Source: Candidatus Parcubacteria bacterium (lineage in GTDB: Bacteria > Patescibacteriota > Minisyncoccia > Phycocordibacterales > Phycocordibacteraceae). Taken from it: DNA of 61,553 bases. Both the position numbers and the translations under genes were made by a program. Position 1 is the first letter of the stretch. Every line of letters begins with the position of its first letter. The DNA is taken from contig JAKFXG010000002.1 in assembly GCA_021731495.1 (NCBI GenBank), positions 1 to 61,553 of the forward strand. Direction: 5' to 3'. The notes beneath the pieces were generated by a model. The model saw only the letters and a program-made list of their open reading frames with translations. It did no database searches and had not been told where the DNA came from. Below, piece by piece: positions 19,098-28,401 of this stretch.

Positions 19098-19439
19098 TTA
19101 AGCAGCTTCTTCTTCGTTGTGTGGTTTTGGCGGCGGGACATCTTTGATTTTGAGGAGGTCTTTTAACGACTCTTCGATAACCTTTCTTTCCTTTGGTTTA
19201 AGGTCATGCCGACCTTCGTAGTGGTTATCTAAAAAATCTAATGCCATGTCGACGTGCTTATCCTGCATTCCATACTGCAAATCTCGTTTTCTTTCTACAT
19301 GAGAGACAGCAGCCTTCGTCGCCTCGTTAACACGAGCGCGTCCTTGCTCGTTTAAACCGGCAAGATGTTGTAAGTGAGTAAACCTCTCGCGTGCCGGCCC
19401 ATGCTCAAGACTTACTTGTGTAAGTTTGCGGTTGTTCAT
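19098..19439 (-). CDS. hypothetical protein
   Basis: 113-aa ORF from ATG 19439, divergent from rsmA. Confidence 0.65.
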   Translation of the reverse strand: MNNRKLTQVSLEHGPARERFTHLQHLAGLNEQGRARVNEATKAAVSHVERKRDLQYGMQDKHVDMALDFLDNHYEGRHDLKPKERKVIEESLKDLLKIKDVPPPKPHNEEEAA

Positions 19440-19461
19440 ACAACCAGTATTGTACATCGAT

Positions 19462-20313
19462 ATGATGCGCGCCAAAAAATCGCTTGGGCTAAAACCATCA
19501 GTGCATCTGATGGTTCGCCCGACGCGTCGCCGGGCGGCGCGTTTAGGGCAAAACTTTCTCATGCACGCACGTATTGCGGAGCGCATAGCGCTCGTTGCAC
19601 AGCTTGCACCGGATGCAACGGTATTTGAAATCGGTCCGGGAACGGGCATGCTCACGCGAGAACTCCTAAAGCGTGCGGGCAAAGTAATTGCCCTTGAAGC
19701 GGATTACGAACTTTTCGAAAAGTTACGGACTGAATTTTCGTCTGAAATTGCGGACAATCGTCTCGAACTCATGCACGGCGACATACGCACGTTTGATATT
19801 TCGACGCTCCCAAAAGGGTACGTGCTCGTCGCGAACATTCCGTACTATCTCACGGGCGAAATATTCCGCATGTTCCTCGAATCAGAAAATCAGCCGAGTG
19901 CGATGACACTGCTCGTGCAAAAGGAAGTTGCCGAGCGCATCGCTCGCTCCAAAAAAGAAAGTATTCTCTCCCTTTCGGTAAAGGTGTATGGCACACCGAA
20001 GCGCGAATTTGTGGTACCTCGCGGAGCGTTCAGGCCGGCACCAAATGTGGATTCCGCGGTGCTGACCGTCCGTAATATTTCACGAAATAATTTCGCATCC
20101 CGTAGCGAAGAAGAACGATTTTTCGCGCTGATACATGCAGGATTTGCGCATAAACGGAAGTTCGTGCGCACAAACCTTATTGATGCTGGATTGATTCCGG
20201 CTAAAACCGCCGGAGGCGATTCGCCCGACGCGCCATTGAATGGCGCGTTTAGGGAGAAAGCGCGTGCCGAGGATGTCCCACTCTCCACATGGCTTATTCT
20301 TTGTCGTCTCTAA
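19462..20313 (+). CDS. rsmA: 16S rRNA m6,2A dimethyltransferase RsmA/KsgA, with two in-frame insertions
   Basis: AKKSLG...QNFL, EIGPGTG, ANIPYYLT, QKEVAER, F.PAPNVDS. Confidence 0.95.
   Translation: MMRAKKSLGLKPSVHLMVRPTRRRAARLGQNFLMHARIAERIALVAQLAPDATVFEIGPGTGMLTRELLKRAGKVIALEADYELFEKLRTEFSSEIADNRLELMHGDIRTFDISTLPKGYVLVANIPYYLTGEIFRMFLESENQPSAMTLLVQKEVAERIARSKKESILSLSVKVYGTPKREFVVPRGAFRPAPNVDSAVLTVRNISRNNFASRSEEERFFALIHAGFAHKRKFVRTNLIDAGLIPAKTAGGDSPDAPLNGAFREKARAEDVPLSTWLILCRL
19489..19548 (-). mobile_element. three-way-junction mini-element, copy 3 (in frame in rsmA N-terminus)
   Basis: 60-nt insert splits the conserved KKSLG|QNFL motif. Confidence 0.85.
20201..20254 (-). mobile_element. 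three-way-junction mini-element, copy 4 (in frame in rsmA C-terminus)
   Basis: 54-nt insert; removal gives IPEKARAEDV. Confidence 0.8.
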
Positions 20314-20379
20314 TGCACATGTACACGTAGATAGTCCCTATCTCCCGGCAGTGCGACTGTTATACTTGAGAGCGATACC

Positions 20380-21420
20380 ATGGGGGAAGGAATATTTAAA
20401 AATTGGCGGGTTTTAGTCTCAACACTCTTTTCGGTGGTACTTGTTGTCGGCGCATTCGTGCTTGCACGCGGTATTGAATCGCCTCCTATCGCGCAAGCGT
20501 CAGCCGAGGCCGCACTTTTGGGCGCGATTGCAGTGAAAGATTCTGACGCGGACGGCCTCCCCGACTGGGAGGAGGGACTTTATGGTACCGACCCGCGTAT
20601 TACCGACACGTCAAAACTCGGCATGACCGATGGTCAGGCAGTCGCCCGCGGCCTCATCGTGCCGAGGGCCATCGCCAATATCTCCGTCGCGACCTCATCG
20701 CCCAGTACGCCGCTTATTGTAGATAGCTCACTGCCGCCTGCGCCCGCGGAAGGTACGCTCACGGCCGCCTTTGCGAAGAATTTCTTCACCATGTACCTCT
20801 CTATGAAGGAGTTGAAAGGGGGCGCGGATCTCACTGAAGCCGACATGCAGGAGGTCGCGAGCCAGGCTCTCAGCACTCTTTCGGAAGCCATCACCATCGC
20901 GCCTGATTTCAAATCCGCAAAAGATCTCAAAATCTCTGGTTCAGGAGCGGAGGCTCTCAAAGAGTTCGCGGTGAACGCAGAAGCAATACTTCTGAAGAAT
21001 AAGAGCAGTGCTTCAAAAAGCGAACTGCTCTACTTACAAGATGCGGTTCAGAACAACGATGCTACAGGGCTTCCGCACATAGACTCGATCGCCAGGGCGT
21101 ATCGGGATTCCGCGGTCGGGCTCGCCGTACTTCCTGTGCCGCAGGAACTTGCATCAGCCAACCTTGCACTCATTAATGCGCTCATGCGTGTGAGCCAGAT
21201 CTCCGGCGACTTCGTGCAAGTGAACACTGATCCTCTCGTGACCATATTGGCTCTTCAGCAGTATTCGCCGGCGGTGCTTGCGCTCGGCACCGCGTTTAAA
21301 GACATTGGAGAAGTCTACAAAACCGCCGGCATATCGCTTGCCGCAGGAACGCCGGGCGCGTCTTTCGTGAATCTCATTACCGATGTCGCAGACAAGCAGG
21401 CAGCTGCTAAGAAACTATGA
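20380..21420 (+). CDS. membrane-anchored protein with a Ca-binding DxDxDG (TSP3-like) repeat
   Basis: N-terminal TM; DSDADGLPDWEEGLYGTDP. Confidence 0.75.
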   Translation: MGEGIFKNWRVLVSTLFSVVLVVGAFVLARGIESPPIAQASAEAALLGAIAVKDSDADGLPDWEEGLYGTDPRITDTSKLGMTDGQAVARGLIVPRAIANISVATSSPSTPLIVDSSLPPAPAEGTLTAAFAKNFFTMYLSMKELKGGADLTEADMQEVASQALSTLSEAITIAPDFKSAKDLKISGSGAEALKEFAVNAEAILLKNKSSASKSELLYLQDAVQNNDATGLPHIDSIARAYRDSAVGLAVLPVPQELASANLALINALMRVSQISGDFVQVNTDPLVTILALQQYSPAVLALGTAFKDIGEVYKTAGISLAAGTPGASFVNLITDVADKQAAAKKL

Positions 21421-23135
21421 CCACGCGACCTTTTGCCGCGGCACTCGCAGTAGTTCTTACGATCTCCTTCGCCGTACCAGCCGCATTTTTCGTGGCGCCA
21501 CCGAAGGCGCAGGCCATATCGGTAGAAGTGGTTGGCGATATTTCCTTTCCCTCGAACATCAAGACGATGATAGAGAGCACCATCACCGCTATTAAAAGCA
21601 CTTTGTCGGCTGCGCTCGACGTCACGAACACCGCGGCAACCGTGGCGATGGAAATCAATGAATACATTCTTCAACCCCTTGCCTTCGTTCTTTCGGGAAA
21701 TCTACTGCGACTCATTACCGCTGGCGTCATAGCATTCGTCATCGGCAAGACGAACGGGACAGGTGTTCCTCAATTCGTCACTGACGTCGCATTGTCTCTC
21801 CGGACGGTCAGCGACTCGCGGGCGCTCATGTTTCTCAATCAGTACGGCCGGTATTCGAATTCTCCCTTTGCCGGGGCCATATCCTCTTCTCTGCGCAACA
21901 ATTACCTCAGTAAGACGAGTCTTGCCGGATTCTGGGCCGCCAATATGAATACGCTTGCGCGGTCGTCGCCAAATGTGAATGCGTACCTTAATGGCAATTG
22001 GTCGCAGGGTGGCGTGGCCGCATGGTTCGCACTCACAACTCAGACTCAGAATAATCCCTACTCGCTCCACCAGAATTCGCAGGAACGACTCGCTAGTCTC
22101 ATCGGCCCGGGTATCGGAGGCGCCACGGGAGCGCGCATCGCGGAACTTGGCTGGGGGAATGGTTTCACTTCGTGGTGCGGTAGTATCGGTGCCTCATATA
22201 CTCCGGGAGTAAGTGGGTCGGGTGTTAACCCTGGAGACCCTTGTATCGATAAAGATGGTAACCCGGGCATAATTAGGACGCCCGGCTCGGTCATCGTCGC
22301 GGCTCTCAATAAAGTCCTCGGGGGAGAACAGGATCAAGTGGTCCGAATGGGTAATGTAGGTCCCGAGATCACGGGAATCCTGAGGAACATCGGGACCGTT
22401 ATGCAGACGGTTAATTTTGCGTCCTCAATCCTCGGTGGCCCCGGCTCAGGCGGCCTTCTCGGTGCCGGACAGCCGTATGGATCAAACCAAAATTCACGAC
22501 TCATGCAGTATCAGGCTACACCAAGCCTTGGTGTCACCAACTCCACTGTATTTAAAAATTCGGCAACACTGCACGTGTCCGGCCCGGACATGCTACTTCG
22601 TGTGGCCGAGTACGAGGCGTCGTGGAACACGATCAGAGCCGCGGCAAACGGAGCATCTGTTTCAGTTACGAGTCTCATGAATTCGTGTACCGCCGCCGCC
22701 AATTCCGGATCAGACAATCAGGCCTTTATAGACGCGAGCGCCGCACAAGCAGCCGCTGCGCAAGTTGCGCTCTCGACGCACATCGCTCCCGTGCTCGCTC
22801 AAGCGGCAGCCGCGAGCACGACGATCGCGAATGCGCGTGCGGAGGTCCAAAGAATCCAGACCAATCTCACTTCCGGAAGTAACACGGCAAATGGCACCTA
22901 CGCGACTGATATACAAATACTTCAGACCCTGTCTCCGACCGCACTTGACGTCGCAAATATCTACCAAGAAGCACAAGCTTTCGGCACGGCCGCCGCAAGT
23001 CCCAGCGGGTCGCTCGTAGTTTCAGGAGGGTCAATCATTGACCGGATGAGTCTCCTCAGTACGAATGCAGCGGCACTGAAACCGGTCTGTCTCGAGTCTA
23101 CATATAGAAGCTCGAATCGGAGCGAGAGAGATTAA
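21417..23135 (+). CDS. large secreted/membrane hypothetical protein
   Basis: signal peptide (PKAQA), Ala/Gly/Ser-rich, ATGA overlap with the upstream gene. Confidence 0.75.
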   Translation: MTTRPFAAALAVVLTISFAVPAAFFVAPPKAQAISVEVVGDISFPSNIKTMIESTITAIKSTLSAALDVTNTAATVAMEINEYILQPLAFVLSGNLLRLITAGVIAFVIGKTNGTGVPQFVTDVALSLRTVSDSRALMFLNQYGRYSNSPFAGAISSSLRNNYLSKTSLAGFWAANMNTLARSSPNVNAYLNGNWSQGGVAAWFALTTQTQNNPYSLHQNSQERLASLIGPGIGGATGARIAELGWGNGFTSWCGSIGASYTPGVSGSGVNPGDPCIDKDGNPGIIRTPGSVIVAALNKVLGGEQDQVVRMGNVGPEITGILRNIGTVMQTVNFASSILGGPGSGGLLGAGQPYGSNQNSRLMQYQATPSLGVTNSTVFKNSATLHVSGPDMLLRVAEYEASWNTIRAAANGASVSVTSLMNSCTAAANSGSDNQAFIDASAAQAAAAQVALSTHIAPVLAQAAAASTTIANARAEVQRIQTNLTSGSNTANGTYATDIQILQTLSPTALDVANIYQEAQAFGTAAASPSGSLVVSGGSIIDRMSLLSTNAAALKPVCLESTYRSSNRSERD

Positions 23136-23140
23136 CCACT

Positions 23141-25510
23141 ATGCGCCGCTTTCTTACCGCACCACTCATCGCTCTCGCGCTTCTTATAAGTGCGACGGGC
23201 GCGTACGCGTCTGTCGCGCTTGCGCAAACTGCCGCCGATGCCGCTACTAACGCCGCTATTGATTCTGCCCAAGCCCAACAAGCCGATGCCGCCGCCCGAG
23301 CCGCCATGGAAGCAGGTGAGACCCAAGATAATGCCGAATGGGCCGCCAGGACCATCGGTCCGGAACCCAACAAGACCGTGACCGAACCGAAAGAGACCAA
23401 AGACGAGGCCTTTGGATATGTCATGACCAAGATCATGAGCCTGTTTGCGTGGCTTCTTGGCGTTGCGATAATTACGCTCGACTATGCAGTGTATTACACC
23501 GTAGTCACCATGGGTGACTTCGTGAAGGATCTTTCAGCCGTTGGTATCACCTGGCGCATATTGCGAGACATCGGGAACATTATGCTGATATTCGGCTTCC
23601 TTGCCGTCGGCATCACCACCATCCTGAACGTGGATTGGTATGGAGGGGGGAAGAAGATGCTGCCGATGCTTCTCATCTCTGCTGTCTTCCTGAATTTCTC
23701 GCTCTTCATATCCGAAGCGGTTATCGATACGGGCAATCTCTTCGCGACGCAGTTCTACACGCAGATCAAGGGGGGCAGTATTCCATCAAGCCCCTCAGTG
23801 TCTCAGGAGGCGATTGAAACCGAGGGCATCTCGAACAAGATCATGGGACAATTGGGACTTCAGACCATCTACACCGCAGGTAGGGTTAACACAGAGGTCT
23901 TCAAAGCCGGAAATACATGGCTCATCGGCTTTATGGGTATTTTGCTTTTCATGACCGCCGCATTCGTGATGTTCTCTCTCGCATTCATACTCATCGCGCG
24001 TTTCGTCATACTTATCTTCCTCATTATTCTCGCACCGATCGGTTTTGCGGGCCTCGCGGTTCCTAAACTGTCGAGCACAGCGAGTAAGTGGTGGAGCACT
24101 CTTTTTGAGCAGACCATCACCGCACCGGTCTTGTTTTTGATGCTCTATATTGCGCTTGCGATCATTACGGATGTATCGTTTCTCAGCGGAATCTGCTCCT
24201 CTTCTTCCGGAACGACCTGTTCGAAAGACTGGACAGGATTTGTGAATAACAACGACTTGTCCGGTTTCTCGAGCATGCTGCTCTCCTTCCTTGTGGCAAT
24301 GGGGCTCCTTCTTGCCGTCACCGTTTTCGCGAAAAAATTATCCGCCTTCGGTGCTGGCATGGCAACAAAAGTTGCCGGTGCACTTTCGTTTGGTGCAGTT
24401 TCGCTTGGGGGTAGAGCAACACTTGGTATGACCGGTAACTTATTGGCCAACAAGCGCATGCAAAGTTGGGCTCGGAGCAGTAGTGGTAAGTGGGGAAGTC
24501 AGTATCTGGCGAGAGCTGGAGTGTTCGCGGGTAAGGGACTCCGGAGCTCAACGTATGATGTGCGCAATATGCCGGGCGCAACTGCTGGTCTGGGGGCTCT
24601 TGGTATTGATGCTGGAAAGGGGGCAACCATTACAGCGAAACAAGCACATGACGCTCAGTACGGTGTGAAGCCGATCAAAGAATACTTCAAACATTCGGCA
24701 GAAGAACGCGAACAAGCCGGGCGCGAAATTGATTTCAAAGATGCGCAGGCAGACTTTGCGGCAGGTAGAATTACTCGAGCTGCTTACGACTCAATCGTTG
24801 CACCTGTACTTTCGAAAATGTCGACAAAGCAGCTTGAAGAACTTGGTGGCATTAAGAAGGGTGTGGATGCTCTCGTGGATAATCTTTCACCACAGCAGTT
24901 TGAATCACTTATGAAGAGCGATAAGTTGAGTGAAGCGGAAAAGGACAAGATAAAGGAAGCACGGTATAGAACTCTTTCTAACGCTGTTGCCACTGGCAAT
25001 ATTCCGGATATCAAGAAGGCAATTAACTCCTTTAGTAAGGGGGAACTTGAAGCAATGCCTGCCGACTTGCTCACTCATCAGAATCCTGCAACGGGCCAAA
25101 GACTTATTCTTGAACAACTTTCGGACAAACAAAGAGAAACCATAATTGAAAGTAAGGAGCGTACGGCTGCAGAGAAAGATTTGGTACGCAAATCCAGCCC
25201 AGGTGGAAGTGTCGAGGACATATTTAATACTGCCGGTGGCGGTGCGGCAGGCGCGGCTGCGGTGGCGTGGAGTCCGAATTTCGCGCGTCTTACTGTTCCG
25301 CAACTTGCAAAACTCCATAAAGACATTTTGCTACAACCAGCAGTCGCAGAAAAACTTACAACTGCAACTCTTATAGAGCTCCAAGAGCAAAAGAAACTCA
25401 CGCCCGCAGAGATGATTGCCATCGGCAACCATATCCGTGGGTCGGTAATAGCAAATCAAAAAACCAAAGATTATGTAACTACAGGCCCTGGGGCTGCTCT
25501 ATGGGCATAA
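23141..25510 (+). CDS. polytopic membrane protein, possibly VirB6/TrbL-like
   Basis: signal peptide, W...RD..N, LNFSLF...VID, multiple TMs, helical C-terminal tail. Confidence 0.6.
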   Translation: MRRFLTAPLIALALLISATGAYASVALAQTAADAATNAAIDSAQAQQADAAARAAMEAGETQDNAEWAARTIGPEPNKTVTEPKETKDEAFGYVMTKIMSLFAWLLGVAIITLDYAVYYTVVTMGDFVKDLSAVGITWRILRDIGNIMLIFGFLAVGITTILNVDWYGGGKKMLPMLLISAVFLNFSLFISEAVIDTGNLFATQFYTQIKGGSIPSSPSVSQEAIETEGISNKIMGQLGLQTIYTAGRVNTEVFKAGNTWLIGFMGILLFMTAAFVMFSLAFILIARFVILIFLIILAPIGFAGLAVPKLSSTASKWWSTLFEQTITAPVLFLMLYIALAIITDVSFLSGICSSSSGTTCSKDWTGFVNNNDLSGFSSMLLSFLVAMGLLLAVTVFAKKLSAFGAGMATKVAGALSFGAVSLGGRATLGMTGNLLANKRMQSWARSSSGKWGSQYLARAGVFAGKGLRSSTYDVRNMPGATAGLGALGIDAGKGATITAKQAHDAQYGVKPIKEYFKHSAEEREQAGREIDFKDAQADFAAGRITRAAYDSIVAPVLSKMSTKQLEELGGIKKGVDALVDNLSPQQFESLMKSDKLSEAEKDKIKEARYRTLSNAVATGNIPDIKKAINSFSKGELEAMPADLLTHQNPATGQRLILEQLSDKQRETIIESKERTAAEKDLVRKSSPGGSVEDIFNTAGGGAAGAAAVAWSPNFARLTVPQLAKLHKDILLQPAVAEKLTTATLIELQEQKKLTPAEMIAIGNHIRGSVIANQKTKDYVTTGPGAALWA

Positions 25511-25514
25511 ATAT

Positions 25515-26504
25515 ATGGACGATACTATTACAAAAGAACAGGTGTTGAATGCCTACAATAATGCGCCAGATTTCGTTCGCGCCGCATTCAACGACGAAGT
25601 AACGACCCAGGTAGTTGTGGGGTTAAAGGCGAAATTCCAACTTCACATCGATATGGCCGGCATCCTTGCTAAGGAAGTGGGATACTTGCTTCTCGGTGTT
25701 ATCGATCCAGATACGTTTGCAAAACGCCTCAAGACTAGTGGTTTTTCTGAACAGATGGTTACAGAAATTATGGCCGAGCTCAATCAAAAAGTATTTGTTC
25801 CCCTGCGAACAAAAATGAGACGTGAGGGAGTAGAGACGGGCCAGACACCCGCTCCTGTCGCAAAGGTTCCACAACAGAGACCGATGGCGCCGCCGCCAAC
25901 TCCCACGGTAGGGGGAGTCTCCTCCTATTCTCCGCCTTTGCAGTCCCCGCGATATTCATACCCAGAGAATCCAATGCCTACCCAACCCCAGTATCAATCT
26001 ATTTCTAAGATCGCACCCTTGCCGCCGAAAAATGTGCTCCCACGCCCACCTTCACTTCCAGCTGTAGGAGGGTCACGCCCGGTTTCGGGACAAGTTCCAA
26101 AGCCAATGGACGCGAGCAGAATGCTCGAAGACCATGAGGAGCCGCATATCGAATTCAATAAAACACCTCCTGCGCCTGGTGTTCCTGTACGGGAGAAAAG
26201 AGTGGAAACGCCGCTCGGACAAGCATTGCGAACGGTGATGCCCTCAGTGCCTCCCACAAATCTTCCGGGCGTCATGCCAAAAAGTATCGCTCCCGGCGCT
26301 CGATACTCCTCATATACGGTCACCCCAAAGGCCAGCCCGGTTACTCCACCCATTCCCCCGAAACCAATTCCTCCCGTTACCCCTCCTGCTCCCCTAAACG
26401 CTTCGCCACGCGAGGCACCGGGCGAACATTATGCAAAGCAGAATGTTGTAGCCGCCAAACCCTATTCGGCCGACCCCTACCGCGAACCAATTGATGAAAA
26501 ATAG
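25515..26504 (+). CDS. Pro-rich hypothetical protein ending DPYREP
   Basis: helical N-terminal domain, long Pro-rich tail. Confidence 0.75.
   Translation: MDDTITKEQVLNAYNNAPDFVRAAFNDEVTTQVVVGLKAKFQLHIDMAGILAKEVGYLLLGVIDPDTFAKRLKTSGFSEQMVTEIMAELNQKVFVPLRTKMRREGVETGQTPAPVAKVPQQRPMAPPPTPTVGGVSSYSPPLQSPRYSYPENPMPTQPQYQSISKIAPLPPKNVLPRPPSLPAVGGSRPVSGQVPKPMDASRMLEDHEEPHIEFNKTPPAPGVPVREKRVETPLGQALRTVMPSVPPTNLPGVMPKSIAPGARYSSYTVTPKASPVTPPIPPKPIPPVTPPAPLNASPREAPGEHYAKQNVVAAKPYSADPYREPIDEK
26392..26451 (+). mobile_element. three-way-junction mini-element, copy 5 (in frame, more degenerate)
   Basis: CC-CTAAACG...CGGGCG-AACATT hairpin-GTAG-CC, 60 nt. Confidence 0.7.
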
Positions 26505-26589
26505 CGGATACGTTGTGTTTGACATAACATGTTTATTATAATATAGTCCGATTAGGTAACCTGTTCTCGCTGCGCAGAGAGGCGCCCAA

Positions 26590-26895
26590 ATGAAAAATTC
26601 AGAGAAAATTCTAATAACACTAAAATGTTCCGTGCAGCCAGTTCTCGATAAATATTGGGGTTTTGTCATTAAACAAAACCGGATTGGTGACAGAATAGAA
26701 GCTGCGTTTAGAAAAGCAACTTCCAAAGAAGACGGATTCTATTGGGGGATGTCCGACTTAGCCGAGGAACTTAAATTCCTTTCGTCCTGTGCTGCCTCGG
26801 AGGGTAAAGAGGAAATGTCTACGGATTTTGCCAACATCGCTGAAGAATGCGACAACGAATTTCACATCATAGTCAAACACCCTGAAGACGATTAG
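26590..26895 (+). CDS. hypothetical protein
   Basis: 101-aa ORF; TTGACA-17-TATAGT at 26519-26547, GAGG SD, hairpin at about 26938-26981. Confidence 0.65.
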   Translation: MKNSEKILITLKCSVQPVLDKYWGFVIKQNRIGDRIEAAFRKATSKEDGFYWGMSDLAEELKFLSSCAASEGKEEMSTDFANIAEECDNEFHIIVKHPEDD

Positions 26896-27149
26896 GGCAT
26901 GATTTGCCCTATCCTTGTCTTGCGAAAATGCAAACACAACCGCCCCCTTAGAGACCCTTTATTGGTTCTGAAGGGGCGGTTTCTGTTTCCCTTCAATGGT
27001 TCGAACATTCTCTGTCCAGGTGATCTCCTAAATGGCGTTATTTTAATAGTGTCAAAATGAGCACTCATAGACGGGACTCAAATTCTGTTCGTAATTTTTT
27101 AAACTCAATTGACTGGCTTCACCCCTCAGTAAGAGCACTCTACAGATAG

Positions 27150-27178
27150 TTGCATTATCTGCGTTATTCCTTTATATT
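27150..27178 (+). promoter_or_regulatory. promoter of rpsL-rpsG
   Basis: TTGCAT-17 nt-TATATT. Confidence 0.6.
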
Positions 27179-27210
27179 GTTGCTGACCCTCTCGGGTCTT
27201 CTTTTTCTAA

Positions 27211-27624
27211 ATGGCTACCATCAATCAACTCTCAAAGAGAGGACGAAAGAACAAGTCACGCAAGACGACCGTGCCTGCTTTGGCGCGTGGTTTTAATGCA
27301 CTCAAGAATCGCCCGACGTTCTACCCATCGCCCTTCAAGCGCGGTGTGTGTACCAAGGTGACCACGAAGACCCCGAGAAAGCCAAACTCCGCTATCCGTA
27401 AGATCGCCCGTGTTCGCCTCACCAATGGCATGGAAGTCACTGCCTACATTCCGGGTGAAGGACACAACCTCCAGGAACACTCAGTCGTGATGCTTCGCGG
27501 CGGTCGTGTAAAGGACATCGGCGTTCAGTACACCATCGTGCGCGGCAAGCTCGACACCGCCGGCCTCGAGAAGCGTCGCTCGTCTCGTTCCCGCTATGGC
27601 GCGAAGCGCCCTTCGGCTAAATAA
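27211..27624 (+). CDS. rpsL: 30S ribosomal protein S12
   Basis: [31 protein letters not shown]. Confidence 0.98.
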   Translation: MATINQLSKRGRKNKSRKTTVPALARGFNALKNRPTFYPSPFKRGVCTKVTTKTPRKPNSAIRKIARVRLTNGMEVTAYIPGEGHNLQEHSVVMLRGGRVKDIGVQYTIVRGKLDTAGLEKRRSSRSRYGAKRPSAK

Positions 27625-27626
27625 CT

Positions 27627-28091
27627 ATGCGTCGTCCCCTTAAAAAGAAGCGAACTTGGCGTCCGGACCTCAAATACGGTTCGGAGACTCTCACGCGTTT
27701 CATCAATGCAGTCATGTGGGACGGAAAGAAGGACACGGCTCGTGCAGTCGTCTACGATGCTCTCGCTATCATCAAAGAAGGTGGAGCAGACCCGCTTGAG
27801 ACATTTGAATCGGCTCTCCGTAACGTGTCTCCTTTGATGGAAGTCCGCTCCCGCCGCGTCGGTGGTGCAAACTACCAGGTTCCCCGTGAAGTTCCGCAGA
27901 CACGCCGTCTCGCACTTTCATTCCGCTGGCTCATCAATGCGGCTCGCGCAAAGAAGGGCAAGCCGATGGCGGACAAGCTCGCTGCCGAATTCCTTCTTGC
28001 CGCAAAGAACGAAGGCGACGCTATCAAAAAGAAGGACGAGATGCACCGCATGGCGGATGCTAACAAGGCTTTTGCTCACTTCGCGTGGTAG
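27627..28091 (+). CDS. rpsG: 30S ribosomal protein S7
   Basis: EVRSRRVGGANYQVP, HRMADANKAFAHF. Confidence 0.98.
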   Translation: MRRPLKKKRTWRPDLKYGSETLTRFINAVMWDGKKDTARAVVYDALAIIKEGGADPLETFESALRNVSPLMEVRSRRVGGANYQVPREVPQTRRLALSFRWLINAARAKKGKPMADKLAAEFLLAAKNEGDAIKKKDEMHRMADANKAFAHFAW

Positions 28092-28112
28092 TAGTTTAAA
28101 GAATATAGAATA

Positions 28113-28141
28113 AAAACCTGCGCCCTTTTGGCGCAGGTTTT
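28113..28141 (+). terminator. intrinsic terminator after rpsG
   Basis: AAAACCTGCGCC / GGCGCAGGTTTT. Confidence 0.8.
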
Positions 28142-28238
28142 GTGTTATGGTCATATGTGGTTGGTCCTTAGTTTTTCAAGGGTAAGAATGTGGGGCTGAG
28201 TCCTCAGAACCCAATCTTGCGAAGACAATGGACGTGCG

Positions 28239-28401
28239 CATGGAGTGCAGTAACGCGTGGGAACTTACTCGGTACTTTCGATGGCCCACGACGGACCAGC
28301 TAGTTGGCGAGGCAATGGCTCACCAAGGCGATGACCTGTAGGAGGTGTTCTCCGCAAAGTCTCCCTGTACATGTTTGGCTTGCAGCCGCAGTCTACTCAT
28401 G
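28239..28401 (+). ncRNA. candidate structured RNA resembling 16S rRNA helices 7 and 11
   Basis: AGTAACGCGTGGGAAC (28249) and AGCTAGTTGGCGAGGCAATGGCTCACCAAGGCGATGA (28298) are 16S 5'-domain signatures; terminators on both sides. Confidence 0.6.

Noticed and set aside
28249..28341. Genuine 16S rRNA gene
   Set aside because: Only about 90 nt resemble 16S, h8-h10 are missing and the flanks are not rRNA. It is reported as a mimic or fragment instead.
28228..28341. 37-aa ORF MDVRMECSNAWELTRYFRWPTTDQLVGEAMAHQGDDL over the 16S-like segment
   Set aside because: It has no clear SD or recognisable motif, and the sequence is better explained by rRNA similarity. Coding is not strictly excluded.
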